DNA of 64,000 nt from Gammaproteobacteria bacterium (GCA_050298595.1 JBNKUM010000085.1:1-64000); one strand, 5' to 3'. Counted from the first letter of the stretch, positions 10,525-20,614 are shown. Translations and numbers: made by a program. The notes: generated by a model from the letters alone, not told the origin.

Positions 10525-11103
10525 ATGCTATACGAACTCGAAAACATACTGTGGGATATCCTCAAACAGCATCCATCAGGAATCAGTGAATACAATTTAC
10601 TGCGGCTGTTACAATATGAACTTGAAGATGACTTTGGCCCCGATTTATTTCGCGATGAACTTAAGATGTATCGGGCTCATTTCCTGTTATTTCATGCCCT
10701 GTATCGGCTATCTGACTATCTGGTCCAGCAACAACTTGGCCAGCTAGATATTCATGTGCTCAAAATTGCACTTCTACCTTATGTGAAAAATGATACCTCA
10801 GCGCTTACGACCCCTGACCCATTACGGGCACATTATCTCAACCTGGATAATCTCGAAGACACGACACTGGGAGATGTACAAGCTTTGCTGGGTCAATTCT
10901 GGACTTGCTACTTTGCCAATGAAAAACAGCATCAGGCTTTGCAGGTGCTGGGATTAACATTGCCCATCACACAATCAGAAATAGAAAACCGTTACCGCAA
11001 GTTAGTCATGCAGCATCACCCTGATAAGGGCGGTGAAGTGAAAGAGTTTGTCGCAGTTCAGCAAGCCATCGAAGTTTTAAGAAAGTGTGAATTCAGTGAT
11101 TAA
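10525..11103 (+). CDS. DnaJ-related protein (N-terminal DNAJ-related domain plus C-terminal J domain)
   Basis: HFLLFHALY motif and C-terminal YRKLVMQHHPDKGG. The ATG at 10525 is preferred over the track start at 10486. Confidence 0.85.
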   Translation: MLYELENILWDILKQHPSGISEYNLLRLLQYELEDDFGPDLFRDELKMYRAHFLLFHALYRLSDYLVQQQLGQLDIHVLKIALLPYVKNDTSALTTPDPLRAHYLNLDNLEDTTLGDVQALLGQFWTCYFANEKQHQALQVLGLTLPITQSEIENRYRKLVMQHHPDKGGEVKEFVAVQQAIEVLRKCEFSD

Positions 11104-11485
11104 CCAGCGGGACGATATCACTTTATTGCAACCACTGCTTTCAACCAGGTGCCAGCTCTCAAACCGTTGTTGTGACGCATGACACTTATAAAGGATCCTC
11201 AGTGTATGGATAGCAGTCTAACCTCAGTAAAAATACTCGCCAGGTCTTCAGGCATCATTCGTATTTCTGTGCTTACCGTCAGCATATAGTCAAGTTTTCT
11301 ATCCGAGATTACCCGTTAGCCATAGCCGGATTAATGCAGAAAACTCACCTAAACTGAGACAAATGAATAATAGCGAAAAATTATCCTAAAGGCATTGAAC
11401 TTTAGTCGCTCAAAATCAATCCTACAGGTTATCTAAAACTGGTAAGAAGATAGCAATAAATCTGGCTACCTTCGGGAGATAAATT

Positions 11486-12226
11486 ATGACTGAAGAAAAA
11501 ATAAATCACTCAAAACCGGTTTTGCTATCAGTGCTCATAGCATGCCTGATCGCACTCGCCGGATTTCAGACCTGGTACATGATGGATATGAAGCATAAGC
11601 TGGATTCCATCTCAAGTAAAAATGATATAACCGTTGATAACACGAGTGTTGCACAGGCTCCAACATCGACTGACAATCAGCTAACCCCATTAATTAGTAA
11701 ACAGGATCCGATTACCCAAACACCAGATCCTCTAAAGAATCCGGCACAACCCGATCACCCGGCACTAACCCTGAACGACGACTTTTTTAATCAGCCATTT
11801 GGCAGTGGTAACTGGGATCCTTATCAGGAAATCCAGCGTATCCAGCAGGAAATGGACAGGGTTTTTAATAGCGCCTTTAATGGCTTTGGCACCGTTCCCT
11901 CCCTGCAGAACTCATTTGCTGACAAAAGTGCAATTGCGCCGATGGATTTAAAAGAAGATCAATCTAGATATATTGTCACCATGGATATCCCGGGAGCTAA
12001 TGACAGCAACATCTCAGTCAACCTGGATGGCCAACAGCTGACCGTCAGCGGAGAACAGAATTTCAATCAGCAAAAACAGGATGATCAGGGCAATGTGATC
12101 CTTCAGAAGCACCGGTCAGGAAAGTTTCAACGTAGTATCACACTACCTCAACCAGTGAAGCAAAGTAGCCTGACGACTCAGGTAGACCACGGCGTGTTGA
12201 CCATTACCGTGAGTAAACTGAGTTAG
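11486..12226 (+). CDS. Hsp20/alpha-crystallin protein with an N-terminal membrane anchor
   Basis: C-terminal DIPG...LTVSGE...GKFQRSITLP...HGVLTITV domain and an N-terminal hydrophobic helix. Confidence 0.85.
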   Translation: MTEEKINHSKPVLLSVLIACLIALAGFQTWYMMDMKHKLDSISSKNDITVDNTSVAQAPTSTDNQLTPLISKQDPITQTPDPLKNPAQPDHPALTLNDDFFNQPFGSGNWDPYQEIQRIQQEMDRVFNSAFNGFGTVPSLQNSFADKSAIAPMDLKEDQSRYIVTMDIPGANDSNISVNLDGQQLTVSGEQNFNQQKQDDQGNVILQKHRSGKFQRSITLPQPVKQSSLTTQVDHGVLTITVSKLS

Positions 12227-12238
12227 TATCTGACTAAC

Positions 12239-12277
12239 CAGGTCCTGTAAAGCCATACATGGCGTTTACAGGACCTG
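12239..12277. terminator. Hairpin between convergent genes (likely bidirectional terminator)
   Basis: CAGGTCCTGTAAA...TTTACAGGACCTG with an inner GCCAT/ATGGC stem. Confidence 0.6.
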
Positions 12278-12309
12278 ACTGGATGTCTGTATGTCACAAA
12301 AAAATCAGG

Positions 12310-12732
12310 TTATTTTTTTAATTGCTGTAGCGACAGATTAGCCAGACGTTCAACATCGACCAACCGGGTACCGGCGCGCTTTAAAAAATCCTCGCTGAAG
12401 GCCGACTCACCATTACTTTTTCGGCTTGCCCAGTATTTACCCTTGATGCGACATACCTTTGCCAGCTTACCTAAGCCCAGGTCTTCAAGCTCAAATCCGA
12501 GAGCTGTCCAGAGCTTCGCAATCTCTTCTTCCTTGGACCTGGACTGCGATTTGCCATCACCTAAGTCCGTCACATAGCGCTCGGTTGTTCTGGCGGCCAG
12601 TACTACCGTACGCAATGCCTTTATCGACTGCTGTTTTCTCTCCTGTTGGGCTCGGCCCAGATTGCCAAGCCATTGCTTGACATGTTTTATCAGCGCAAGC
12701 CAGTCTGAAGAGCTCAGTTCGTAACCTGTCAT
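12310..12732 (-). CDS. Hypothetical protein
   Basis: 140-aa ORF predicted to be helical; no motif recognised. Confidence 0.6.
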   Translation of the reverse strand: MTGYELSSSDWLALIKHVKQWLGNLGRAQQERKQQSIKALRTVVLAARTTERYVTDLGDGKSQSRSKEEEIAKLWTALGFELEDLGLGKLAKVCRIKGKYWASRKSNGESAFSEDFLKRAGTRLVDVERLANLSLQQLKK

Positions 12733-12942
12733 ATTCGTAGTTATATATCTCGCTTTAGTCCTTATGCCTGTCGCTGTTACAGCACGGCAGAAACGTTAGC
12801 ATAACCCAGCCGTGCATTAAAAAGCACGTTTCAATCAAATGCCGGAGCCCTGTTTCAGGTTCATTTAAGAAAAATTTTCTAATATACGACGATTAAGCAT
12901 AGATTTTTTATTTAACCGACCTGCAATGCCATACCTGGGAAA

Positions 12943-14205
12943 ATGACTACAACCACACTAGCCATCATTATTTTTGTAGCAATAGTTGCCCAACTAGGTG
13001 TTTTTATTTTGCTTCATTTATACCGGGCCAATCGAAATCTTTCTCAAGGCGCTAAGCAAAACGAGAATGTACCGGCAGCGGGTCATATCGCAACACAAAA
13101 CCAGACGCGCGAACCTTCACTGGCGAATCACTGGATGGAATGCAAGGTTCAACGTCGAAAGTACGAAAACAAGGATCACAGCATCTGTTCCTACTACCTG
13201 GAAGCCGTTGATGGAAACCCCCTGCCCCATTTTTTACCCGGCCAGTATCTAACCTTTAAACTCAATATTGATGATCCGCTCACGCAGCAGCAAAAAGCAA
13301 TCATTCGCTGCTATTCACTGTCCGACGCACCTCGAGCTGACTATTACCGAGTATCAATCAAGCGCGTAAGCGCTCCTGCAGACCAACCCGAACTGCCTGA
13401 CGGAATAGCATCCAGCTACTTTCATGATGTTATACAGCCTGGTAGCAGGCTACTGATTAAACCGCCTTCCGGGCAGTTCCATCTACAGACAGAACAGGCG
13501 CTACCTGTTGTACTGATTGGCGGTGGTATCGGTATCACACCTATGCTTAGTATTGTGAATACCCTGTTACAGCAGGGCAGTGAAAGAGAAATCTGGCTTT
13601 TCTACGGCGTGCAGGACAGCCAAAGCCACGTCATGAAGCAACACCTCTCCACATTGGTAGAAAGCCATGCAAATTTTCATTTACATGTCTGCTACAGCAA
13701 CCCCGGAGAAAATGATCAACTGGGGGTTGATTACCAACATCAGGGTCGCGTCGATGTTGCATTGTTACGAAACACGCTCAACATGACGCGTTATCAATTT
13801 TACATCTGTGGGCCAGGCACCATGATGCAAAGCATGGTATCCGGCCTACAGGTGTGGGGTATTCCAGATCATGATATCTACTACGAGGCTTTCGGACCAT
13901 CCAGTATTAAACCGCCAAAAAAAGCCCCAATACAGACGCCTGAATTAATATCAGGCAGCGTTACCTTCTGCAAATCAGATAAATGCCTGGACTGGGATTC
14001 ATCATATAATTCCCTGCTCGAGTTTGCCGAAGATAATCACATTGAAATAGAGTCTGGCTGCCGCAGCGGTAGCTGTGGAGCCTGCCAGACCCCTGTGCAA
14101 TCAGGTGACCTGGATTTAATACAGGATCCTGATTTTGATATTCCTCCGGGTCACTGCCTGATGTGTATATCCACACCCAGAGGCAACCTGACATTAGATG
14201 CATAA
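12943..14205 (+). CDS. Membrane-anchored FAD/NAD(P)H oxidoreductase with a C-terminal 2Fe-2S ferredoxin
   Basis: N-terminal TM helix, RCYSLS FAD motif, GGGIGITP, ICGP, EAF and CRSGSCGAC...C. Confidence 0.9.
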   Translation: MTTTTLAIIIFVAIVAQLGVFILLHLYRANRNLSQGAKQNENVPAAGHIATQNQTREPSLANHWMECKVQRRKYENKDHSICSYYLEAVDGNPLPHFLPGQYLTFKLNIDDPLTQQQKAIIRCYSLSDAPRADYYRVSIKRVSAPADQPELPDGIASSYFHDVIQPGSRLLIKPPSGQFHLQTEQALPVVLIGGGIGITPMLSIVNTLLQQGSEREIWLFYGVQDSQSHVMKQHLSTLVESHANFHLHVCYSNPGENDQLGVDYQHQGRVDVALLRNTLNMTRYQFYICGPGTMMQSMVSGLQVWGIPDHDIYYEAFGPSSIKPPKKAPIQTPELISGSVTFCKSDKCLDWDSSYNSLLEFAEDNHIEIESGCRSGSCGACQTPVQSGDLDLIQDPDFDIPPGHCLMCISTPRGNLTLDA

Positions 14206-14791
14206 TAGAGCTATGGAACGATCACTAGTACGTAAAGAAATCATGCCTTTCCTGCTGATGTTTGGCTCACTCATACTGGCCACCATCATCACCGATGCGG
14301 TATTGCATATACTCGACATGACATGGGTTGGTCGATGGCTGGGTATACCTGGCACATTGTTAATTTTGTTTTCGTTCTTTTACTCCCTGCGTAAACGCAA
14401 GATGATCAATTTTGGTAAACCCAAAACCCTTCTTTTTTTGCATGAAACACTCACCTGGACAGGTTCGTTGTTTATTCTGGTGCATGCAGGTATCCATATT
14501 TATGACATACTGCCCTGGCTCGCCATACTCGCCATGTTGATCAATATCATCAGTGGCCTCACTGGAAAATATCTGCTCGATAGATCGCGTCGACATATCG
14601 CTGACAAAAAACAATACTACGCCGAACAGGGATTGTCTGAAGAAGAAATCGAAAAGAATTTATTCTGGGATGCGAGTACCTTTGATCTAATGAAAAAATG
14701 GCGCGTTATCCATCTGCCGATCACATTGGGGTTTGGAGTGCTCGCCCTGGTTCACATCATTAGCATCCTGATGTTCTGGGAATGGAGATAA
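14198..14791 (+). CDS. Membrane protein with TM-associated His residues (cytochrome b-like)
   Basis: About five TM segments with His in FLHE, LVHAGIH, VIHLP and LVHII. Overlaps both neighbouring genes in the ORF track. Confidence 0.6.
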   Translation: MHNRAMERSLVRKEIMPFLLMFGSLILATIITDAVLHILDMTWVGRWLGIPGTLLILFSFFYSLRKRKMINFGKPKTLLFLHETLTWTGSLFILVHAGIHIYDILPWLAILAMLINIISGLTGKYLLDRSRRHIADKKQYYAEQGLSEEEIEKNLFWDASTFDLMKKWRVIHLPITLGFGVLALVHIISILMFWEWR

Positions 14792-14793
14792 CG

Positions 14794-15582
14794 ATGGAAA
14801 AGAACGTTCCCCTGTTAATCATAGCGGCCAATCTCGTCTTACTGATTGTACTGACATTCTGGGTTCCGGAACTGATGATCTCACCAGGCAAAACCATTGA
14901 TGCCCACGCCGAGATATCAAACGACTGCTTTGCCTGTCACACAGTTTTTATAGGCAGCCCTTCCGAGAAATGTATCACCTGTCATCTGGTTGAAGAAATC
15001 GGTTTAAAAACCACTAAGGGATTAGCCATAGCTAAGGAAAACAAAAACGTCACCTTCCATCAACAGCTCATTGAAGAAGACTGTACAAGCTGCCATAGCG
15101 ACCATAATGGCGTTAAAGCCTTCAGGCCAATCAGCCAGTTTTCACATGAGTTACTTGAGCCTGAGTTACGGGACCAGTGCGATAGCTGCCATCAAAACCC
15201 CGATGACAGACTACATAAAAAGATTAGCGGAAACTGTAAACAGTGCCATAGTCAGGACAGCTGGACACCAGCAACCTTTGATCATGACGAATACTTCCGT
15301 TTCGACCGCCATCATGATACCGAATGCGAAACCTGTCATATGCAGAATGATTATAGTGAATACACCTGTTACGGATGTCATGAGCATTCACGCTCAAAAA
15401 TCCGCGAAGAACATTATGAAGAAGGCATACGGGATTATGAAAACTGCGTCGAGTGTCATCGTAGCGGTGATGAGGATGAAGCAAAACGCATTTGGCGTTC
15501 AAAACGCTCAGGCAACTACCGTTCAAACACTACCAATTCACAATATTATAAATCTGGAAAATATCATCATGATGATGACTAA
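14794..15582 (+). CDS. Octaheme cytochrome c
   Basis: Eight CxxCH motifs (CFACH, CITCH, CTSCH, CDSCH, CKQCH, CETCH, CYGCH, CVECH) and an N-terminal anchor. ATG 14794 follows a GGAG RBS. Confidence 0.9.
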   Translation: MEKNVPLLIIAANLVLLIVLTFWVPELMISPGKTIDAHAEISNDCFACHTVFIGSPSEKCITCHLVEEIGLKTTKGLAIAKENKNVTFHQQLIEEDCTSCHSDHNGVKAFRPISQFSHELLEPELRDQCDSCHQNPDDRLHKKISGNCKQCHSQDSWTPATFDHDEYFRFDRHHDTECETCHMQNDYSEYTCYGCHEHSRSKIREEHYEEGIRDYENCVECHRSGDEDEAKRIWRSKRSGNYRSNTTNSQYYKSGKYHHDDD

Positions 15583-15623
15583 GGTATCTGCCCAGACAGC
15601 AGGCTGTTTAAAGCATGCCGCTA

Positions 15624-16217
15624 TTAAACACTAACTTCATGCTGGTGCGATGCTGTCTCTGCATTCTGCTTATTCAGGATTAAAAATTTTAATCGAGTTT
15701 CATCCAGATTTGTACTGTGACCCAAATCCTGGCGCATTTTTTTAATCAGTTGCTGATACTGAGATGTTAGAGCATCCACACTCTCCCGATTCTGTATTGA
15801 CTGATCAAGCTTACGAAAACACTCAATAACTGCACTACCTGCAATCACATTGAGTTCGGCCGCTTTGGCCTGCAGCTTTAGTAAAGCATCCTGCTGCTGT
15901 GTTTTTACTCCTGCTTGTAGCGCAGAAAAATACACATCATAGACTTCAACCATGGCTTTATAAAGATCTATTTTGGTATCTGACAACTGAGCTTTTAACC
16001 TGGTTTGTGCTGCGGACTTTATGCCGCCTGAAATCAGGAAACAACCCAGCAGAAATACTGCAAACGAAGATAACAGGACCAAACGCAACGTCGTATCCAG
16101 TCCATCAAACAGATGCCAGATATATACAATCGCCAGATAGCCACCATAAAACAGCGCGGCAATAACTGATAGAACAAGGGTTACTACTATAAAGGTCGTT
16201 ATTGATTTCATTTTCAT
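15624..16217 (-). CDS. Two-TM membrane protein, last gene of the eCIS operon
   Basis: Two N-terminal hydrophobic helices and a helical soluble domain. Lies 76 bp after the nuclease gene on the same strand. Confidence 0.7.
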   Translation of the reverse strand: MKMKSITTFIVVTLVLSVIAALFYGGYLAIVYIWHLFDGLDTTLRLVLLSSFAVFLLGCFLISGGIKSAAQTRLKAQLSDTKIDLYKAMVEVYDVYFSALQAGVKTQQQDALLKLQAKAAELNVIAGSAVIECFRKLDQSIQNRESVDALTSQYQQLIKKMRQDLGHSTNLDETRLKFLILNKQNAETASHQHEVSV

Positions 16218-16293
16218 CTCCTGCTGGTTAGTTTTTCAGTGCATTGCTGACTAGTAAAAATATGGTATTGATTAAATTCATTTTCGTTAATTA

Positions 16294-19200
16294 CTAATTG
16301 GAAACTCTGTATAACAATACGTGCTTTCCAGATGTGGCGCGAATAGTGGAAGTATTAATACCCGGAACCAGCCGTTCCAGGGTTCCCCAACGCCTGATCG
16401 AATTGGACTGTTGTGCAGTTAATATCCTGTCTGCCATCTGATCATTAATACCATCCAGAGTCATCAATTGCGATTTGTTCATTTCGAGTAAATACACCTT
16501 CTCAGCAGGAATACCCACCAGATCATAACTGTTCAGGCTGGTACTAATGATATTACGTACGGTATGCCGACTGATCAGGTTACCGCGAGTTGGTGCAACC
16601 TCTACTGCACTGCAGTCGAGAGTAGTAGGTACTTTTGTTTCAGCTTCTATAACATCAGCAAGTACGGTATCACCAGTGGCTCTAAGATCTGCAACCTTAC
16701 CTGTCTGTAGACCAGAATGAGTTCCATATCTTGCGTTCACCACAAAGTCTATGGTTTTGTTATTCACATTCACCGCATCCTTTGCAAAACGCTCAAAATT
16801 CGGTTCGTGATCTTGCGTATTCGCGTATTGAGTAAGAGGTGTCAGGTTTCGCCAGTCATTTCCTGGGCCGCCCAGATTATTATTTAACAAGTGCCCTGCA
16901 ATATAATAAGACGTACCGCCCTGCCTACGAGCCTTTAAAGTTCTGAAGGTATTATTGCCATTCACATAGCCCTGATTTACTCCGGAACCGTTATTGTTTT
17001 TACTTAGCGTACTAACGCGTATACTGGATCCAAATCCTGCCGAAGTGGTACCACCATAAGAAGGATTAAAGCTGCCAGGCGCTGGTAGATCCAGGTCCGC
17101 CGTTAACACGGCCAGTTCATCGAGTTTAGCTGACAGAACAGTTTGGTCTGGCGGGTTCTGTTCGCTGGACTGACGAATCAACTGATCGATTTCAGTTGAT
17201 TTAGCCGTGGCAGCTGCTTTCGCTGCCTGTATATCAGCAGGTACCTCAAGACTATTCAGGTAGGCTGTGTAATACTGAGGCGTACTGCGCATCATCAACC
17301 TTGCACCTGTACCCTGTCCATCAAAGTAAAGAGTGTGTGTCTCTCCCCTGGCATTCCTGAATCGCTTGCGTGCGCGCCACCAGTTAACTACGGATGCAAC
17401 CGCATTACGGCCCATATTCAGCAGTGAGCTACCAGCGCTCACCGCTCTATCCACCAGCCAGGTCAACGCCCGATCCACCAGCCCTCTAACCCTTTCAATC
17501 ATTTCACCTATGCGTCGACCAATACCACTTAGCCCGACCTGATTGGCGAGAAACCCGATCGCTACCGGCATACCCTGGCTGAGAGAATTCTCCAGAAAAT
17601 TAGCGGCGTTCGTGACATTACCGCGCGCGATTTCTGCCACACCAACAACGAATGAATTGACGATCTCCAGCATTTCGCGCAGATAGCGGATAAAGGATTG
17701 CACCGCATTGTAAAAAGCAATAAAGCCATTCACCACGGCCATGATACCGGTGGGATCCAGCATACTGAGCAGGCGCACAGTGATACGTTCAACAATGCGC
17801 GTCATCACCCAGTTGCGCACCGCTTCCAGCACCGTACTCCACAGATTACTTAACCGCTCCTGTATGTATTCCCAGATAGCAATTGGACCGCGCGTAGCAA
17901 CATCCTTAACAAAGGTCCAGATGCCGGTCAGTCGATCGATCATGCCGCGAATACGTGCTACACGTTCTTCGCCGATACGTTCGGCCAGTTTTTGCCAGAT
18001 TCGTTCTACCGTAATGCCCAGCACTTCCAGCACAAAACCAAGTATTGAACGAAAGCTTAGATCCGTTGGTGGATTAATATTGGCATCGCGTAATTCTCCG
18101 AATAACCAGCCGGTTAACCCATTCAGCAGATGACGCAGGATATTGCCAAAGAATTGCTGGAACCCTGTCTTCACCGCCAGCAATAAATTCTTCAAAAAGC
18201 CGATAGGATCGCGCTTGATATCATCCATTGCCTGTAATGCTCGCGCGATAATGTTACGGATCAGACCGATAGGAAAATTCATTACTTCCATGATGACTTC
18301 GATCACAACCTTGATAATCTCACCAACAAAATTAATCAGACGCAGGATTGGCCCCGCAAAAATTGCCATCAATCTGGCAAAGGCTTCAAACGGTGCCGCC
18401 AGATCTGCCAGTGAAAAACTGTTCCAGGCGCGCGTAAATAGTCCGCGAATATACTCCCAGGTAAAATTCAACATCGCCATCGCTGCTTCAACGCGCGCGG
18501 TCATACGTGCTATGGCACCGCTTTGTTGCATCTCCTGAAACTGTTGCTCTCCATTTTCCATCAGGCTCATGAAACCTCGGATGATATTCGCGGTGTTGCG
18601 TTCGACCACTTCTTCAGAAAACGGATCCTTACCCAGAATGACCGTGATCAATGGATATCCCCTCACGGTTCGGGCATAAGCGACCAGACGATTGATCAGG
18701 GCATCCTTGATGAAACCAAGCACCTTGACAGCAATTTCAATGACGAAATTGATGATGCGCCCGACAGGAGCAGCAAAGATGTTATACAGCTGGCGAAAGG
18801 TTGCGGGTGGATTCAACAGGTTTTGAATGGTGACAAGATCCCAGGCCGCGCTAAAGGATTCGCGAATCACTTCCCAGGTGATATTGAGTCGGGCGACAGC
18901 CCCATCCAGCCAGTCGGCGGCGCGTTGCAGGCTGCCGCTTTCTTCCATCTGACGTAATTGTTCCTGACCACTATCAGTCAGCTGCATGAAGCCGCGCAAC
19001 AACGCAATTGGCGTTCGCTCCACGACTTCCTGGGAAATGGGATCGCGACCTAGAATTACAGTCATCAATGGATAGGCATTCGTTCGCTCGCGGATAAAAG
19101 AGATTAACGCAGATACGACGTAATCCTTAACGATCTGTAGGAGTTTAGCTGCCACATTGACCGCAAAACGACGCAACCTGCCTAAAGGTGCCAGAATAAT

Positions 19201-20547
19201 ATTCGACAGACGGCGCATTACAGTGGACAATCTGGTAGCGTCAGCAATAGTCAAACTGCTCCAGAAACTGGAGAACTGACTAGCAATCTCTGTGGGACTG
19301 AAATCCAGTTCCCTTATCTGTTCATCCAGCCATTGCGCAGCCTCGGCCAGTGCTCCTTCCTGTTCCAGTTTCTGTTTTAATTCAGCACCGTTGGGGATGA
19401 TATCGAGACCCGCTTCGATAAAGTTTCGCCCATTACGTTCAACATGCCGACCGGTTATTGGATCGCTGCCATACACCACGGTAAACAATGAGTACCCCGG
19501 CATATCACTGACAAATTCAGCCGCGCGTTCCTTGATATAATCTATGGCTTCACCGATAGTATCGCCTACCCATTCCACCGCACTGCTAACAGCATTAGAA
19601 ATCGCCGTGACTGGATTCCACCAACGTTGCACACGTGATGTGCTCGAGCTAATTTCTCGTTGCCCCGAAGATAGCCCACCACGTTGTTGGACCACATGAG
19701 TGGCTTCATGCGCCATCAGATGTAAATCAGACTGTGACTGCCCTTCACCCAGCCAGATATCATTTTTATGGGTAAAGGCACGTGCATTGATGGCTGCAGC
19801 AGCCTGATGTGCAGCACTATCCTCGTGTACACGTACCCCACTTAAGTCCGCACCTATACCTGATTCCAGCGTCGCCCTAACATCGGCTCTCAGCTGTGAT
19901 CCAGAAGAGGGAGAATTCACTGCCTGCGCCGCATTATTTACCGGCGCTACGCTACTTTTACTCTGTAATACTTCTTCATCATCCCTGTCAGCTTTGCGCT
20001 GTAATAAACGAGCCTGGACGGGCTCTTCCTCTTCTTCAGCTTGACGTTGAATCACCTTAGTCTGTACTGGTTCTTCCTCTTCTTCTGACTGACGCTGAAG
20101 TATTTTAGTCTGAAGGGGTTCCTCTTCCTGCTCTGACTGACGTTGTAACAATTTTGTCTGAACCGGTTCTTCTTCCTCGATTTGTCGTTGAAATAATTTA
20201 GTCTGTAGCGGCTCTTCTTCCTCTGGCTGGCGCTGTATCTCAGGTTCCTGTAATTCAGTTTCGCTTTCACTCTGTGTCTGAATTGCCTGGCTGGCAGCGT
20301 GCATATTGCTTGCGCTAACCGGAGAAATATCTGTCACCGATTGATTGGCAACAACCCGATCCGCCACACGATCCGCTTCCTGTTCGAAACGGTCATTGGG
20401 CTGACCAATCTTTATTTTAGGTTGAACGATTTGATGAATAGACGCCCGTTGTGCACGTAAGCGCGCACCTGGCACTGAATGGACAGAGGAATTTTTAACG
20501 CTTGAAGAAGACGTTGATTTTTTATCCTTTGCCGCGAAAGTTTTCAC
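16294..20547 (-). CDS. eCIS DUF4157 protein with long helical repeats, a C-terminal DNA/RNA non-specific endonuclease and HhH domain
   Basis: DUF4157 (VRVHED..A..INARAFT...LMAHEATHVVQQ), nuclease motif AGHLLNNNLGGPG..WRNLTPLT..N and HhH-like LMTLDGINDQMADRIL. GTG start. Confidence 0.85.
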   Translation of the reverse strand: MKTFAAKDKKSTSSSSVKNSSVHSVPGARLRAQRASIHQIVQPKIKIGQPNDRFEQEADRVADRVVANQSVTDISPVSASNMHAASQAIQTQSESETELQEPEIQRQPEEEEPLQTKLFQRQIEEEEPVQTKLLQRQSEQEEEPLQTKILQRQSEEEEEPVQTKVIQRQAEEEEEPVQARLLQRKADRDDEEVLQSKSSVAPVNNAAQAVNSPSSGSQLRADVRATLESGIGADLSGVRVHEDSAAHQAAAAINARAFTHKNDIWLGEGQSQSDLHLMAHEATHVVQQRGGLSSGQREISSSTSRVQRWWNPVTAISNAVSSAVEWVGDTIGEAIDYIKERAAEFVSDMPGYSLFTVVYGSDPITGRHVERNGRNFIEAGLDIIPNGAELKQKLEQEGALAEAAQWLDEQIRELDFSPTEIASQFSSFWSSLTIADATRLSTVMRRLSNIILAPLGRLRRFAVNVAAKLLQIVKDYVVSALISFIRERTNAYPLMTVILGRDPISQEVVERTPIALLRGFMQLTDSGQEQLRQMEESGSLQRAADWLDGAVARLNITWEVIRESFSAAWDLVTIQNLLNPPATFRQLYNIFAAPVGRIINFVIEIAVKVLGFIKDALINRLVAYARTVRGYPLITVILGKDPFSEEVVERNTANIIRGFMSLMENGEQQFQEMQQSGAIARMTARVEAAMAMLNFTWEYIRGLFTRAWNSFSLADLAAPFEAFARLMAIFAGPILRLINFVGEIIKVVIEVIMEVMNFPIGLIRNIIARALQAMDDIKRDPIGFLKNLLLAVKTGFQQFFGNILRHLLNGLTGWLFGELRDANINPPTDLSFRSILGFVLEVLGITVERIWQKLAERIGEERVARIRGMIDRLTGIWTFVKDVATRGPIAIWEYIQERLSNLWSTVLEAVRNWVMTRIVERITVRLLSMLDPTGIMAVVNGFIAFYNAVQSFIRYLREMLEIVNSFVVGVAEIARGNVTNAANFLENSLSQGMPVAIGFLANQVGLSGIGRRIGEMIERVRGLVDRALTWLVDRAVSAGSSLLNMGRNAVASVVNWWRARKRFRNARGETHTLYFDGQGTGARLMMRSTPQYYTAYLNSLEVPADIQAAKAAATAKSTEIDQLIRQSSEQNPPDQTVLSAKLDELAVLTADLDLPAPGSFNPSYGGTTSAGFGSSIRVSTLSKNNNGSGVNQGYVNGNNTFRTLKARRQGGTSYYIAGHLLNNNLGGPGNDWRNLTPLTQYANTQDHEPNFERFAKDAVNVNNKTIDFVVNARYGTHSGLQTGKVADLRATGDTVLADVIEAETKVPTTLDCSAVEVAPTRGNLISRHTVRNIISTSLNSYDLVGIPAEKVYLLEMNKSQLMTLDGINDQMADRILTAQQSNSIRRWGTLERLVPGINTSTIRATSGKHVLLYRVSN
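19960..20240 (-). repeat. Six tandem 15-16 aa acidic repeats (QRQxEEEEP[LV]QTK)
   Basis: Directly visible in the translation; two more units occur in the 20615..22375 protein. Confidence 0.85.
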
Positions 20548-20614
20548 TTATTCACCATTAAAAGATTTAAACCTTCTATCCATAATTGCATCACTTAAAA
20601 AATCCGGGCTACAA

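Noticed and set aside
11110-11290. Possible histidine-kinase fragment on the minus strand (MMPEDLASIF)
   Set aside because: Too short, with no other ATPase-box motifs, so it cannot be supported.
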